Shown here piece by piece: positions 45,791 to 64,000 of a stretch of 64,000 nt of DNA; the stretch's first letter is position 1; each line of letters opens with the position of its first letter. The notes beneath the pieces were generated by a model, which was not told the origin of the DNA, did no database searches, and worked only from the letters and a program-made list of their open reading frames with translations. This stretch comes from the human T2T-CHM13v2.0 reference genome, Homo sapiens, in assembly GCF_009914755.1 (NCBI RefSeq), contig NC_060939.1. One strand, 5' to 3'. Position numbers and translations under genes: made by a program.

Positions 45791-48030
45791 TAGATTTTTT
45801 ATTTCTTTCCTGCTCATTGGAATTCCATCACAGGTGGACAGGTTGGTGCACTGCTTGGTTTTCTCTCTGGAAGGCTTCACTTTCCCAGAGGCTGACCCCG
45901 TACCTTTGTGCTGACTCTTAAGCAACCGACAACCCTAAGTCACAGATTAAAAGCATCCAGTCTAAGACATTAGTCAACATTTTAACTGTCACTCAAAGCT
46001 CAGACTTCTCCCCTTCAGGCAGCTGAGAACTGGATGCCCATACATCAGGGTTTGCCTGGAACACCCCCAGTTTACGTCTGTTGCCCTGACATCCTGTCCT
46101 TGTTGGTATCTGTCCTGGGTTTTCCAGTTTCCATGAAGTATTATTAATAATAGTTGCATTAAAAGAAGCTAGGATGGGTTTGGGGACCTCCACTTGGTAC
46201 TTCCAGTGCTTCCAAGTTCTCTACTAGAAGCATGAAAATTCATGCACAATAAACAAGACTCATGCACAATTAGCTCAAATGTGAAAACTGAAAGATGAAT
46301 GAAACTCTCCCTAGTTCTTTCCAGACCCAAAGTAACTCACACCTTCATTTCGGGGATGGCATGTCGGGTGATGGCTATAATAGAACAGTTTGCCCACACA
46401 CAAGCATCTGGGGACAGCTGGCTCCTTTCAGTCTCAGTGGTGAGAGAATAATTGGCGCCTCTGGGCTGACCAGCCGCATGGTGTACCGGCCAGGCATACC
46501 ATGGTCTGCGCTGAGTCACAAAGCTGCCAGGCTTCACTCGGCAGAGTTAGGATAATACAGGAAATCATAGGTTAGGTGTGAGTGAAATATGTGCAGAAAA
46601 TAGAAGCTGCAATCCTGCTAACAGGCATTTAGAGAGTCATCTGAAAACCTTTGCTCTGGTGCTATTGTTACTTATTATATTATATAAATCCACAACTATT
46701 AATTGGTAATGATTTTTATTTTGTAATAGACCTGCAGCAGCAATGACCCATAAAACAATGTAGGTGCATGTTTAATGAGATACATTAAGTACTGCATTTC
46801 CATTTCTTAAAAAATTTGATGAAGAATACATAATTTGCACAAGATGTCTGTCAACATTTCTCCCACCAGGGGAGCTGTGACAATTTTACTGACCACATAA
46901 ACAGAAAACAGCAATCTGCTGAAAATGCACTAACATCTATTATATATAATGCTTGCAATTGCAGACAGGGTTTTAATATATTACTCTGGGAAGCATGACT
47001 TTTCATTTAGATCAAATGTCTTTCTTCAAATTGAATTTTGCTCATTTTCTATTCCACGTTTCCTTGTGCACATAGAAAAGGGAAACCGTAGCTGTTAATA
47101 TGCTGGCTCCACTGGAAGCAGAAGAATTTTGCATATGGTCAAGTCATGCCTGATTTATATCAGTGACGTCAGGTTCTTCAAACTCAAACAGTGAACTGTA
47201 ATAGTAATGTAATGGTTTTCATCTAGTTCATGGTGTCAAAGTCAGGTTTTTGGAGGCTCACTGTCAACACTGAAACAGCTGATAGATGGATAATTTTGTA
47301 AATCCAAGTAAGAAGTTCTACATTAAAGATAAAATTGTTTTTATAGTGATAACAGAATTATCAACTTTAGTGGAGCGCATAGTATTGTAGTTAAAACATT
47401 GTTAATGCTAAATTAAGAAACTTATGGAGCAGAAATCGATTTAGAAGTGGTTGTGGTGCACAGATAATTTATTGCTTCTAAACAAGCTGATAAATTTTCT
47501 TTTTAAAGTGGAAGCAGTGGTTATCTGTTTATCTGCCTTTCTACCCACCTATTAGTAACTGAACTAAAAATTAGTAATTTTTTGCTGCTGAGATGATGGT
47601 GAGCACAAAAACATACTTTGGCATGGCAGTATGTCACGTCCTTGGGCTTTTTTTTTTTCCCTCTTAGTCATGAATAAGATTATAAACATATTGGAGCCTT
47701 TAAAGAAATATTTTATAAACCAACCAAAATATCCTGTAATGGAATTAAACATTTATGAAAATGAGTCATCCAAATGTTGGTTGCATTTTGGTTACATTTT
47801 GTTCCAAACAAATTGGTAGGAATATTCAATCAAATATTCAAAGAATGAAGCAACCAAAAAAATAATCAGCTTTTAAGGCTTTTTAGAGAATGGCAATTGC
47901 TGAAAACAAAGCTTGAAGTGGGAAAATATTAAATTTTTTTCTCCACAAAAGTAAGGAAGGCACAATGAAATACCATTTTCATGCCACTAGGATGGCTATA
48001 ATAATAATTCATTAATCAAATAGGAAATAA

Positions 48031-48310
48031 GGCCAGTGTGTGGCTCACGCCTGTAATCCCAACACTTTGGGAGACCAAGGGAGATGGATCACCTGAGGCC
48101 AGGAGTTTGAGACCAGCCTGGCCAACATGGTGAAACCCTGTCTGTACTAAAAATACAAAAATTAATCAGGCGTGTGTAATCCCAGCTACTCAGGAGAATG
48201 AGACAGGAAAATCGCTTGAATCTGGGAAGCGAAGGTTGCAGTGAGCCAAGATCATGACACTGCACTCCAGCCTGGGTGACAGTGTAAGACTCCGTCTCAA
48301 AAGAAAGAAA
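48031..48310 (+). mobile_element. Alu
   Basis: Dimer with small deletion. Confidence 0.92.
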
Positions 48311-48742
48311 ATAAGTGTTGGTGAAGATGTGGGGAAATTGGAATCCTCGTACACTGCTATGAAATAGCAGTGGGATAGAAAATGGTGCAGCCGCTATGGA
48401 AAACAGTTCAGCAGTTCCTCAAAAAATTAAAACTAGGATTACCATATGATTTAGCAATTCCACTCCTAGGTAAATAAGCCAAATGATTGAAAACAGATCT
48501 TCAAACACTTGTACAGGACTATTCATGGCAGCACTATTCACATTAGCCAAAGGGTATGAATGATCCAAATGTCCACCACTAGATGAATGAATAAACAAAA
48601 TGTAGTATATCCATACAACGGAATAGTATTCAACCATGAAAAGGAATAGAGTACTGATATACACTACAACATGGATAACCTTGAAAACATGTTAAATGAA
48701 GGAATCCAGAAACAAGGATCACATATTGTATGATTCCATTTA

Positions 48743-49146
<404 letters not shown>

Positions 49147-49687
49147 CTAAGTGGGTATAAGGTTTTCTTTTGAGGTGATGAAAATGTTTTAGAACTAGAT
49201 AGAGAAGACGGTTGTACAACATTGTGAATATAGTAAGTGCGACTGAACTGTACACTTAATGATGAATTTTATTTCAGTTTTTTAAAAAGCAGGAGAGAAA
49301 CAACATATTCAACTAAATCATCTGCAAGATTTAACTTTGAAATTCTGTAATCATGCTTTGAAATATGTTGATTTATGGAAGGACTATTTGGGTGGCGTTT
49401 TTTTTTATTAGATGTTTAGTATTATGTTCAGTCACAGAATAGAATGTAATTGAAATATCTAAAACATGGTGAAACATTTTTTTAAAAATAGAGAAAACAT
49501 TTAATTAATTGTGTCTTGCACAAATATTTGTCAAGGAAAGGGTATCTGAATGAATCCAAAATGACAATACCTGTGAACATAGGTTGACTAAAATATTTGC
49601 ATATTTCAAAGACTGAAGAAATAGAATACTCCAACAGAATTTGCTCTCTGGTTACCATGTACCTCACTCTGCACCTATCAAGAGAGG

Positions 49688-49775
49688 TTTTTGTTGTTGT
49701 TGTTTTGTTTTTAAGCGATGGTCTCTTTCTGTTGCCCAGGCTGGAGTAGAGTGGCACTATCGTGGCTCACTGCAG
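49688..49775 (-). mobile_element. Alu 3' fragment
   Basis: (GTT)n then ctgttgcccaggctggagtagagtggc. Confidence 0.8.
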
Positions 49776-49973
49776 CAAGAGGATATTGTTAAAGTTATTA
49801 TGGTCTACAGAGAAAACTCAGTTGAAAATGTTACCAATTTCAATTTATTATTCATAATAAATGCATAATAAAATGCATCTTTGAGGGTGGCTACAGCCAA
49901 TTTTATTTTTTAAAAAAAGATGACTGCATTTTTACAAAATATGTTAGAACAAATAAGGCTAAGAAACTGATAA

Positions 49974-50237
<264 letters not shown>

Positions 50238-50307
50238 TAATGTACAGAGATATTTTTATTTTTAAAGAAATGTATTTCAAAAATTATTTTTGAATAGGAC
50301 TATTTTA

Positions 50308-50709
<402 letters not shown>

Positions 50710-51296
50710 TTATTTATGTTTAGTGCCAACTTTCACCCTCAAAAGTATCTTGTTTGGATAATTAATCATATGACCGCCCCAGGGGAGTGGTGGAAGGCAG
50801 GGAAGCGGACATGCCCCACGCCTATCACTTCTCTTTCCATCCTTCCCTCCCACAGTGGCTAAAGAAGGGAAGGGAGAAGGAAGGGTATTGGAAAGTCCAC
50901 ACCTGACTGGATGTTTTCAGCTCTCAGGGTCTGGAAGATATTTGAAGATGACTATCTCATGGGCACTCTCACAGGCTCTACGAAGGTTGTCTGCATTGGG
51001 AACCTCCACTGAAGATCCCAGTAAGTCGGCAATGCATCAACTTTGGGGACCACTCCCCACCAGGCTCCCACCACTGCCATTCGTTTGCTCTGATTCTGGC
51101 TACTGGAGTCATGCCATTCTCCAGGAGTTCCTGCGGATCGAGAGCAGAATTTAACATTAGCCTGGAAATCTCACACCAGAGAGTAAAGAAATGCTCAAAG
51201 ACCACATAGTCATGTCAAACGGACATGAGACTTCTCGAGTTTTTGCTGGCCTCATTTAGACAATCTGTGCATCAAACTAATAATGAATATGATTGA

Positions 51297-51604
<308 letters not shown>

Positions 51605-51878
51605 CTGATTAGAACATTTCGAATCAATAAATATTCATTAATGAATAAATAGAAAACAATGAGAATGCGGGGGGAAAAGCAGCTCTTCTTTACTGAAAAA
51701 CGTCATCTGATAAATACACAGGCGTAGAATTAGAAAATTACCATTTTGAACCTTCAGTGTATCAACTGATTCAGGTAAGGGTCTTCTATAGGTGATAAAA
51801 GTATTAGATGAAAAATTATTGGGGGACTGGATATCTGTATGATGTCAAAGCACTACTCTTTTAAAAAAGATATCTTTG

Positions 51879-51940
51879 ACCAGGTGCAGAAGCTCGTGCT
51901 TGTAATCCCAGAAGCTTGGGAGGCTGATGTGGGAGGATTA
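51879..51940 (+). mobile_element. Alu 5' fragment
   Basis: gctcgtgcttgtaatcccagaagcttgggaggctg. Confidence 0.7.
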
Positions 51941-51949
51941 TATTTGTAA

Positions 51950-52358
<409 letters not shown>

Positions 52359-52439
52359 TGAATGCCCTAAAGGCATGTCCTACTTTTGCTTGGTGGTTCT
52401 GACCATGGTTTATAGTTATACACTCATCATGGCATCTGC

Positions 52440-52590
52440 CTCCCCTCACACCTTAGCTTCTGAGAGGGCAAGGACCACATCAGGTGTTATTCCCAGTTAT
52501 ATTCCCAGTGCTCAGCACAGTGCTTGGCACATACTAAATGCTCAGTAAATGTTTGTTGAATGAATGCATGAACAAATGAATGAATATATA
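52440..52590 (+). mobile_element. L2 3' end
   Basis: gagggcaaggacc...cagcacagtgcttggcacatactaaatgctcagtaaatgtttgttgaatgaatg. Confidence 0.8.
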
Positions 52591-53171
52591 AACATGCCTT
52601 CTCTCTTTATCAGCCTTAAGTAACCTGATAGTCTGTCGGTCTGATTCTCTGATTGTGTAGTGATTTCTCAATTTCAATAGGTGGCCTAAATTGTGAAGGT
52701 GGTAAGGTATTGCCTTGATGTGTTTTCTAGGTATTAGCTTTTTCTATGTATTTATTTTTCAAAAGACAGTTGATCATAAATCTTTATTTTATATCTGTAA
52801 AGTATTGTGCTGCAAAAGGTTTTCCTACTTTGTTACTTAAAAAGAAATAATGTTCTTTTTTGGTCTTCTCAAAAAAGAATGTATTTTCTCCCTCATGTAC
52901 TAAACTTTCTATGCTTGTATAACTTTTGCTGTTAATGTCCCTGAAATGCTATCTTCCTGTATGAAAATTAGGTACCTTGGAGGAATTCATTCAGAAACCC
53001 GAAGGACTCTCAGTGGGTGTGGAGTACTAGGAGCCAGGGTAGTCCCAGCAGTGTCAGGTTAACCAGGAAACCACTCACTAAAATGGGGAGAGCAACTCTT
53101 CTCAGGGCAGTTCTGAGGATGGCAGGGAGATGCTGTGTTTGAAAAGTCCCCAAACCATAACGTATGTTGCA

Positions 53172-53490
<319 letters not shown>

Positions 53491-54037
53491 TAAGCTGCCC
53501 CTTTCTCTCCTCCTCCTCCCCCTCCTCCCTCTCTTCTTCATCACAGTGTTTTACCATGGTTTTAACATTATTAAATAAATAACTTATACCAATTCAAGGT
53601 ATTCACAGAAAAATATCTTGGGGAAAAAACATAATTCTATATATTTATTACTTCTATTGCAACATTTTAATGAAATCGTATTTTTGTTTAAATGAAATGT
53701 TTTCTTCCCTAAAACAAGGCTATGGTAATTTTGTATGTACTATAGCCCAGTTTTAAAATTTTTTAAATGGAAAGTTCTTAAGAATGATTTTCCAGAAACA
53801 AGAACCCTCTTATTTCAATTCACAGAATCCATTGCCAGTTTATTCTTCAGTAATTTTACATGAAGAGGAGGCTAGATTTCTTCCGATATCAGTTCATCTT
53901 TTGATAGCTATTACCATCTTGTGAGCTAAAATATAGAACTATTTTCTCAATGAAAAAGCGTCCTTTCATTGAGAATGCTCACAATGGAATATGAATTTCA
54001 GCCTTGTCTCAGTGCAAATAACAATAGGGGAGAAATG

Positions 54038-54335
54038 GGCTGAGTTCGGTGGCTCAAACCTGTAATCCTGGTGCTTTGGGAGGCCAAACGGGTGGATCAC
54101 TTGAGGTCAGGACTTAGAGACCGATCTGGCCAACATAGTGAAACCTTGTCTCTACTAAAAATACAAAAAATTAGCCGCGTATGGTGGTGCAGGCCTGTAG
54201 TCCCAGCTACTCAGGAGGCCGAGGCATGAGAATCACCTGAACCCTGGAGGCGGAGGTTGCAGTGGGCAGAGATGACACCACTGCCCTCCAGGCTGGGTGG
54301 CAGAGCAAGACTCCATCTCAAAAAAACCCACAAAC
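54038..54335 (+). mobile_element. Alu
   Basis: Dimer. Confidence 0.93.
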
Positions 54336-54458
54336 AAACCCTGTAGGGGAGCAATGTACATATGAATGCATGGAAACAAGGAACCTTGTTATTAACCCCC
54401 TTAATCCTATGTCAACCAGAAAGGGTTTTTAATGTGTTTCTTTCTAAAATTAAAAATA

Positions 54459-54770
54459 GGCTCGGCATAGTGACTCATCCCTGTAATCCTAGCACTTTGG
54501 GAAGCCAAGGTGGAAGGATCAGTCCAGCCTAGGACTTCAAAACCAGCTTGTTCAACATAGGGAGACCCTCATCTCTACAAAAAGAAAAAATATATTTTTT
54601 AATTAACTGGGCGTGGTGGCACATGAGTAGGTTGCAGCTACCCAGGAGGCTGACGCAGGAGGATCACTTGAGCCTTGGAAGGTCGAGGCTGCAGTGAGCT
54701 ATGATTATACTGCTGTACTCCAGCCTGAGCAACAGAGCAAGATTCTGTCTCAAAAAATAACAAATAAAAT
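54459..54770 (+). mobile_element. Alu (AluJ-like)
   Basis: ggtcgaggctgcagtgagctatgatt. Confidence 0.9.
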
Positions 54771-55070
<300 letters not shown>

Positions 55071-55639
55071 TAAATAAAATTTAAAATTAATATAATAACA
55101 TGAATTTGACCCAAGATACTTCTCTTCAGCTCCGAGCTTGCTTATGCATCATTACTCATAAAACCTACCCAGGACTGGGGCCATTGACAGACACCCACTC
55201 ATACCTAAGATTCCGTCACCCTTACTGAAAGCTATCACAGGAATACAAATGTTCACAGGTACTCTATTTTTATCTGAAACAAGACAAGTAGAGGCTGAGC
55301 TGATGGTTCTGCCGATTTACCAGTGACCTCTGTCACCTGACCCTCAGGTTGATCACAGTCAGCTCCAGCGGGAATGTGTACCAGCAGATGGTTCACTACC
55401 ACAAAGGTCAAGTGTGTTCACTGAAGAAAATTCAGAGAAAAGAGAAATGGACACAAATCATATAATAAAAATTACTATAACCCTACCCCTGAGAAATAGC
55501 CTACTGTGAACATTTGTGTGGAAGTTCTTTCAGTATGTTTTCTGAGCATATATGATGATTTTTTTCATGATTGTCATCAATATGATTTGTAACTTGATGT
55601 AGTATATCATGAGTGGTATTTCATATCATTGGATATATC

Positions 55640-55966
<327 letters not shown>

Positions 55967-55969
55967 AAC

Positions 55970-56126
55970 TTTTTTTTTTTTTTTTTTAAATAACCTGAGA
56001 AGAGAGTCTTGCTGTGTTACCCAGGCTGGAGGATGGAATGCAGCCTTGACCTCCTGGGCTCAAGTGATCCGCCCACCTCAGCCTCCGAAAATGTTGGGAT
56101 TGCAGGCATATGTCACCAAGCCCAGC
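55970..56126 (-). mobile_element. Alu monomer / FLAM-like
   Basis: T-tract followed by a single arm. Confidence 0.8.
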
Positions 56127-56166
56127 TAAAGATATTTTAAAATCATCTTTAGAATATATCTTATGA

Positions 56167-56472
<306 letters not shown>

Positions 56473-56711
56473 TCATGGTAGCCATTCTAATGCTTGTGCC
56501 ATAACATGCTTGTTCAGTATTTAGTGACATTTGTATACAATTTTGAGGATACCCTTTCCTGTACTCAGAATGCATTCTAAAAGTAGAACTTTTGGGACAA
56601 AGGATAGTCATGTTTTTAAAAGCTTTTGATAAATATCTTTAAACTGCTTTTTAGAGGGCTTCCAATAAGTTGAACCTCAGATGTCGTTGCCAAACTTTGA
56701 TATTATCATCA

Positions 56712-57410
<699 letters not shown>

Positions 57411-58006
57411 ACATTAATTATATGTAATTATATGTTTATATTCATCATTTGCATAGATTTTTTGGCGAGGGAGTTGGGGAGAGGAAGAATCACTTCTCCA
57501 TGTCTACTAGGGCGAGGAGTTGTCTTTTTGTCTTTCTTATTGAATTGTATGAATAAGCCTAGTTTTTACAAATGACAAATTTCCAGGACACCAGAATAAG
57601 TTACTTGGTGATGATCAGATTATGTTATATTGCACTAATATCATACTCATCTTTTGGATAAAACACTCAACAGGCACAAAAAATATTTTATAATGCCGAT
57701 CTGCAGCTAAAGTGCCAAAGCTACTATAAACCCACCCTTGGCATTTCAAATTGGGGGTCCTTGGAGTGGGGTCCAGCCCCCATGCCCTCCTGGAGAGATG
57801 CCTTCTGAAGGCTACACCACCTCCAAGGGCACAGCTCCAATGTGCTACCATATTGCTGTGAGGGCCACTTCTCTGTGATGGTCTTGGGGAGGGGGCGGGT
57901 GTCCTTTTCTGTGTATGGGACCATGGAGCACATGGTGTCAGGTGGCTGGCCCCGGACACACCTGCTCTCAGGGCAGCCTGGGTCATTTGTGAGAAAAAAG
58001 ACGCGT

Positions 58007-58399
<393 letters not shown>

Positions 58400-58413
58400 T
58401 TATAAGGAAAACC

Positions 58414-58489
58414 AGGCGGAGGTTGCAGTGAGTCGAGATCGCGCCACTGCACTCCAGCCTGGGTGACAGAGCAAGACTCCATCTTAAAA

Positions 58490-58507
<18 letters not shown>
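58414..58507 (+). mobile_element. Alu 3' fragment with poly-A
   Basis: aggcggaggttgcagtgagtcgagatcgcgcc. Confidence 0.9.
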
Positions 58508-58546
<39 letters not shown>

Positions 58547-58616
58547 TTCTATATATATATGTATTTCTATATATATATGTATTTCTATATATATATGTAT
58601 TTATATATATATATAT
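58508..58616. repeat. (AT)n microsatellite with ATGTATTTCT interruptions
   Basis: Pure AT run followed by ~18-bp units. Confidence 0.95.
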
Positions 58617-60418
58617 GGAAAACCTTGTGTTTTAGAAACAGCAACCAAAACTAACTTTCCAGGATGGCTTAACTAGCTGGTTGCTTTCTGATGACTCAAT
58701 TGTGGATTCACATGCACATAATCTCATACTCCTTTCTTGAATAAAACGTTCACTGAGCACCCAAAGTGATATTATTTCTATTATTTTTCTACAAGCCTGG
58801 CGGGAACAGGAGAGCAAGAGAGAGGAGAGGAAAGTGGGCTAAGATCTGGGCACTACGGAGCACCATTTTGGCACAGTTCGAGTTGGATAATAGCCCCACC
58901 AATCCACCCCAGACAACCCCTGCCACCTCCTCAGAGCAGGATAGTCCCCATGAGCCTGGTCACTAAGTACACACTTTGCTCTCTCCTCTTGAAAAGCAGG
59001 TATCTTAACGGGTGCAAGCCTCTCTGAGCTTCTAGTCCTATCCAATGTTGACTCTTACCCAACGTGGCAGAGCAGAAGCCACAAGGAAAACGTAAATGGA
59101 GCCCACATCCCCCGCCAGAATGCTCGCTGCAGCCAGACAGCTGGCCAGGACACTGTTGTCGGTGGGGGATGTGCGTGTCACTGAGGATTCCAAGGAATTT
59201 GGCTTGTTCTGCGCTCTGCCTCTCCAGCTAAATGAGTTCCACTTATACCCCGCACTACGGGCTCTGTCGATTAGGCAAAGTGGTGGTATCCCTTCCCGGC
59301 ACAATTGACAACACTAATAAAAATAGATAACGTATTTTTAAAACTACAGCAGATTGTCATGGTAATAAATAATTGTATCGTTGCTGTCATAGCAACGAAG
59401 TCTGTGTAACACAGGCAAATCAAGCCTATATGGAATTTTTCTAAATTTAGGTGTTTGAAAAGAGTTAAAATAGTCTATAGTCATCGGGAGGTGCATTAAG
59501 AGAAAACTCCTTAACCTTCATTGGAGAACATATTTTAGTCATTTTTTAAAAATCTGAATTGCTTGTTTTAATATTTCTCCATTCTCTTCAAATGATAAAA
59601 CTCAACTTTCCTTTTTGTCATATATATATTTATATATCCTTAAGACCTTTCATAAACAGTAGAAGACTAGAGCTCTCTCCCTCTGTCTCTCTCTCTGTGT
59701 GTGTGTATCTCTGTATCTGTCTCACTCACTCTTTCACTTTCTCATCTTTAAAGTAATTTGCAAGGCAGCATATCATAACTCTTGTACTTTCCCTTGGTGG
59801 CTAACGACACAATATTAATGAAATAAGTTACATTAGCTAAACCACGCCATATCAAATTAATAGCTAGTTTCCATACTCTTTGCTCCATTTTTTAAAAAAG
59901 CATTCATTACTGCATGATATCCAGTGTGTCATTAACCACTATAGACTACCAGAGCAAACTATGATGATTTTCTGACACAGTAAACTTGCCTTCCTGACTT
60001 CAACTAAATGCTATTGAAATGACAAATAAGTGACACTGCCCAAAAAGGAGGGAAGGATTTTTTCACAGATATGTAATTATTGTGCCATTACGAGAAATCT
60101 CCAAGTCCAAAATAATTGCATGAAAAAATTCTGCAGTTTCCCGCATGATAAAACAAGACCTATGTCCCTTGATTTTTTTTTCTTATATTTGGTTTTGATG
60201 AAATAAAAATGTCTCTGTTTTCCTCTGTAAAGGTTTCTTCTCTCTGAGTCCCCACTAGGGGCTGTTGTACCATAGAAATAGGGTTTAAATCGGAGCTGAG
60301 CTACCTATATCAAGGTAACTTGCAGCACGGATGGGCAGTATTCATTAATTCTTTAAAACGTAAAGGTATTATTTAGAAAAAAAAATTAGATTATAAATTT
60401 TTAAAGATAAAATAATTA

Positions 60419-60776
<358 letters not shown>

Positions 60777-62271
60777 TTATATTCAACTTTAATAGGAAAG
60801 TAAAATGATGAGATCTTTAAACATATTCTATGATGTAAACATCTATGATGTAAAAAATGTAAGCATCAAAGTAAAATGTAAATCAGTGCCTCTAATGTTA
60901 TTAATTTTTTAATGTGTTTTGTCCCTTTATAATTTTCATGACTTATTTTTCCCTGATGCACTGTATTAAAAGGTGACTGTCAAAGTGAACAGACACTGGC
61001 CTCAGGCAGAGAGGGAAGATGATATCACACATGACAGCATTACTCTACTGGGGGCCACCACTTTTGCTGCCTGGCACCCTGAGCAAGTGGGACTTCGTGG
61101 AAAGGGAGACACACCTTATGTTTCTGTGCCACCCCACGGCCCCTAGCTCTGATCCAAAAACTTGATGGCTGAGTATGTATTAATGCCTGCAGAAGAAACC
61201 TGGGAAGGAATTATAGAGATTACAACTTGCCAAAAAACCAGAACTGAATATATTAATAAGAATAAAGTACGCAGCAAGCCCAGGAAAGGAGGTCCCATCT
61301 CCTTGCAGATTCCTCCCCCAAAGCAGATGCCTGCCTGTCCGTGGCTGCAGATGGGAGCTTTCCTCTTGTCAGCTATATGCAGGCACAAGGGAGAACTCAG
61401 TGTCTTTGCAGAGAGAAAACTTACTTTGGGGTGGTGCTGACTTCTTCTCTTCTACTTCTTAGAGGATTCCTTTTTCCCCTTACTCTCTGGGGTTTTGTTT
61501 GACTTATTTCGTTTTGTTTTTAAAAACATTCAAACTTTTGGATAATATTTTACAAGCAAGTCATCTCTTTTAAAGTTGTACACCCATAAAAACCTATCAC
61601 AAGTGCAAAAAATCCTTCACCAAACACAGAAGGATGCGTGGCTTTGCCGTTTTCCTTACTGCAAAAATTGATTTCACAGAATTACAAACCCAGGTATATA
61701 GAATGTGAATTTTAATATACACTTCTAAAGACAGAAGAAAAAAGAATAAAATTGTTACCTGAAGAGTAAAATTAATTTGTCATTTCTAGATGATGTTACT
61801 ATGGATGATTTTTATTTTCCTCTCATATTTTACCCCATTTCTACAACTAACATTTTTATCTGGAAAAAAAAAACCTATAAGGGAAATAAAATTCATCTTC
61901 ATGTGTATCAATTGCCCTAGCAATTCTGTGACCCCTTCAGCTTTTACAACCTGTGGGTTCAATTTCCACAATTACCCATGCGAACTGAGAAGAGGTGACA
62001 CAGATAAAGTCATCCTGTTTTTTAATTGTTATATTTATTGTTTTGGAACTATCATTAATATTGTCATTGCATTGCATATGAATTTTTTAAACAGTTTCAA
62101 ATTGTTTTCACATTAGTTATTTTCTTCTGAGACTGTGACATAACTTTACCCATTTTACAAAAAGAAGATTGAATCACCTCATACCCAGTTTTTCAGAAGC
62201 AGTTTTATATTGTCTCTCTCTAGGAAATCCAAAAGCCACTTAGAGTTGACATTGATTTATATGTGGTATAT

Positions 62272-62275
<4 letters not shown>

Positions 62276-62305
<30 letters not shown>
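62276..62305 (+). repeat. (TG)n microsatellite
   Basis: tgtgtg... run. Confidence 0.95.
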
Positions 62306-62309
<4 letters not shown>

Positions 62310-63171
62310 CAGGGAGAGAGAGGTGGCAGCAAATTCATCTTCCTAATTATGTTTTGCTTAGGCAAACATAAAAGTCGGCTTGCATTCTCTGAGCATTCAC
62401 CAGCTGGGAAGTGGAGAGTGTTTTGTGATGGTGGAAGTTGCCTTGAGATTCAAACTTGGCTGTATTTAAAAACAAACAAACAGGGAAAAACATTCATAGC
62501 ATGTGACCAAGCACGTGTAGAATGTGTACATGGGTAGCAAGAGTTAATATCTTTATTATGTAATGAGCTTAGGCAAATTGATAACAGCAACGCTAAGATC
62601 TAACAAATAAAACAGGCAATATTTTTTGTTTCTAATATTTTCCATGACTAGGAAAAGAAATATTTCTAGTTGAAAATATAGAAATGTTTGCTCGAACATT
62701 GCATTTTTGTTCAACTCTCTAGGAACCAAAGAAATTAAATTTAGACCAAATTGGGGTGAGACACGTTCTAAAATAAGCATTTACAATGTGAAATCAATAC
62801 ACTAATTTTGAATATTATCCTTTTCAAACACAAATCTGTCAATACTGATCAATATGTATTAAGAGCCATCAAAATGTCCAGAAATTTTATAGTTTTAAGG
62901 CAATTTTATATATATATGTGAAAAATGCAAGAAGATGTTTGTGATATGTAAGAGGACTATGCAGCAATGTGAAAAAAAATTCCTGATAAAATATACACTG
63001 GGAAAAGGAACACAAAATTGCAAGTACCCTATGGTTATAATGACTTAAAAATAACCATGGGCAAACATTGGAAAAGAAGGACATCTGAAAAACAGTGATT
63101 GTGGAGGTTATTCTTGTTACTTTCTTTCTTTTCTCAAATAGTGATTGTCGGGATTTTTTGTCTCTTTTATT

Positions 63172-63349
63172 TCTTTCTTTCTTTTTTTTTTTTTTTTTTA
63201 AGACCAAGTGTCTCTCTGTAGCCCAGGCTGGAGTGCAATGGTGGGATCTCAGCTCACTGCAACCTTCGCCTCCCGGGTTCAAGTGATTCGTCTGCCTCAG
63301 ACTCAGAGAGGAGCTGGGATTATAGGCGCCTGTCACCATGCCCGGCTAA
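63172..63349 (-). mobile_element. Alu right arm
   Basis: T-tract, then right arm ending cccggctaat. Confidence 0.9.
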
Positions 63350-63650
63350 TTTTTTTTTTTTTTTTTTTTTGGTGAAAGTCTTGCTCTGTCGCCCAGGCTG
63401 GAGTGCAGTGGCGTGACCTCGGCTCACTGCAAGCCCTGCCTCCCAGGTTCACGCCATTCTCCTGCCTCAGCCTCCTGAGTAGCTGGAATTACAGGCGCCC
63501 GCCACCACGCCCGGCTAATGTTTTATATTTTCAGTAGAGACGGGCTTTCACCGTGTTAGCCGGGATGGTCTCGATCTCGTGACCTCGTGATCCGCCCGCC
63601 TCGGCCTCACAAAGTGTTGGGAGGAAAGGCGTGAGCCACCGCGCCCGGCC
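63350..63650 (-). mobile_element. AluY-like
   Basis: ccgtgttagccgggatggtctcgatctc...gccaccgcgcccggcc. Confidence 0.95.
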
Positions 63651-63692
63651 ATTTCTTATTATCTCTATCCCTGTCTCAATTCTTTGTGTGTT

Positions 63693-64000
63693 TTGTTGTT
63701 GTTGTTTGTTTGTTTTGTTTGTTTTTGTTGTTGTCTGTCGCCCGGGCTGGAGTGCAGTGGCGCCATCTTGGCTCTCTGCAAGCTCCGCCTCCCAGGTTCA
63801 AGCAATTCGTGTGTCTTGGCCTCCTGAGTAGCTGAGATGACAGGAGTGCACCACCATGCCCAGCTAATTTTTGTATTTTTAGTAGAGATGGGTTTTCGCC
63901 ATGCTAGCCAGGGTGGTCTTGAACTCTTGAGCTCAAGTGATCCACCCACCTCAGTCTCCCAAAATGCTGAGACTACAGGTGTGAGCCACCACGCCTGGCC
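63693..64000 (-). mobile_element. Alu
   Basis: (TTG/TTTG)n tail, antisense dimer to the window end. Confidence 0.93.

Noticed and set aside
46863-46876. CTCF-like CCACCAGGGGAGCT
   Set aside because: The 3' half deviates from the CTCF core; not supportable without ChIP data

Overview
This is primate (very probably human) non-coding genomic DNA, not microbial DNA. I can support no intact protein-coding region: the supplied ORFs are almost all Alu, LTR, L1 or simple-repeat read-through. About 57 Alu copies or fragments cover roughly a quarter of the window, alongside old L1, L2, MIR, MaLR and DNA-transposon fossils. The centre is a CpG-island promoter (~26.0-27.25 kb) with GC boxes, a USF-type E-box, a TATA box and G4 motifs. 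Two consensus minus-strand splice donors at ~25.47 and ~25.64 kb suggest the non-coding first exon(s) of a leftward gene, making 1-25 kb its first intron. Two solo ERV9/LTR12 LTRs with clean 4-bp target-site duplications (TSDs) flank the island, both pointing outward. The most notable hidden structure is a near full-length, heavily decayed hAT (BLACKJACK-like) DNA transposon at ~46.0-50.8 kb, whose transposase motifs can still be read across frameshifts and L1/Alu insertions. Several Alu tails have become unusual repeats: (AAGGG)14, GGAA, a 69-bp VNTR and TATACA. I found no convincing new biological system. Repeat boundaries are by eye (about +/-10-30 bp), and subfamily names come from recalled consensus sequences and need RepeatMasker/Dfam confirmation.
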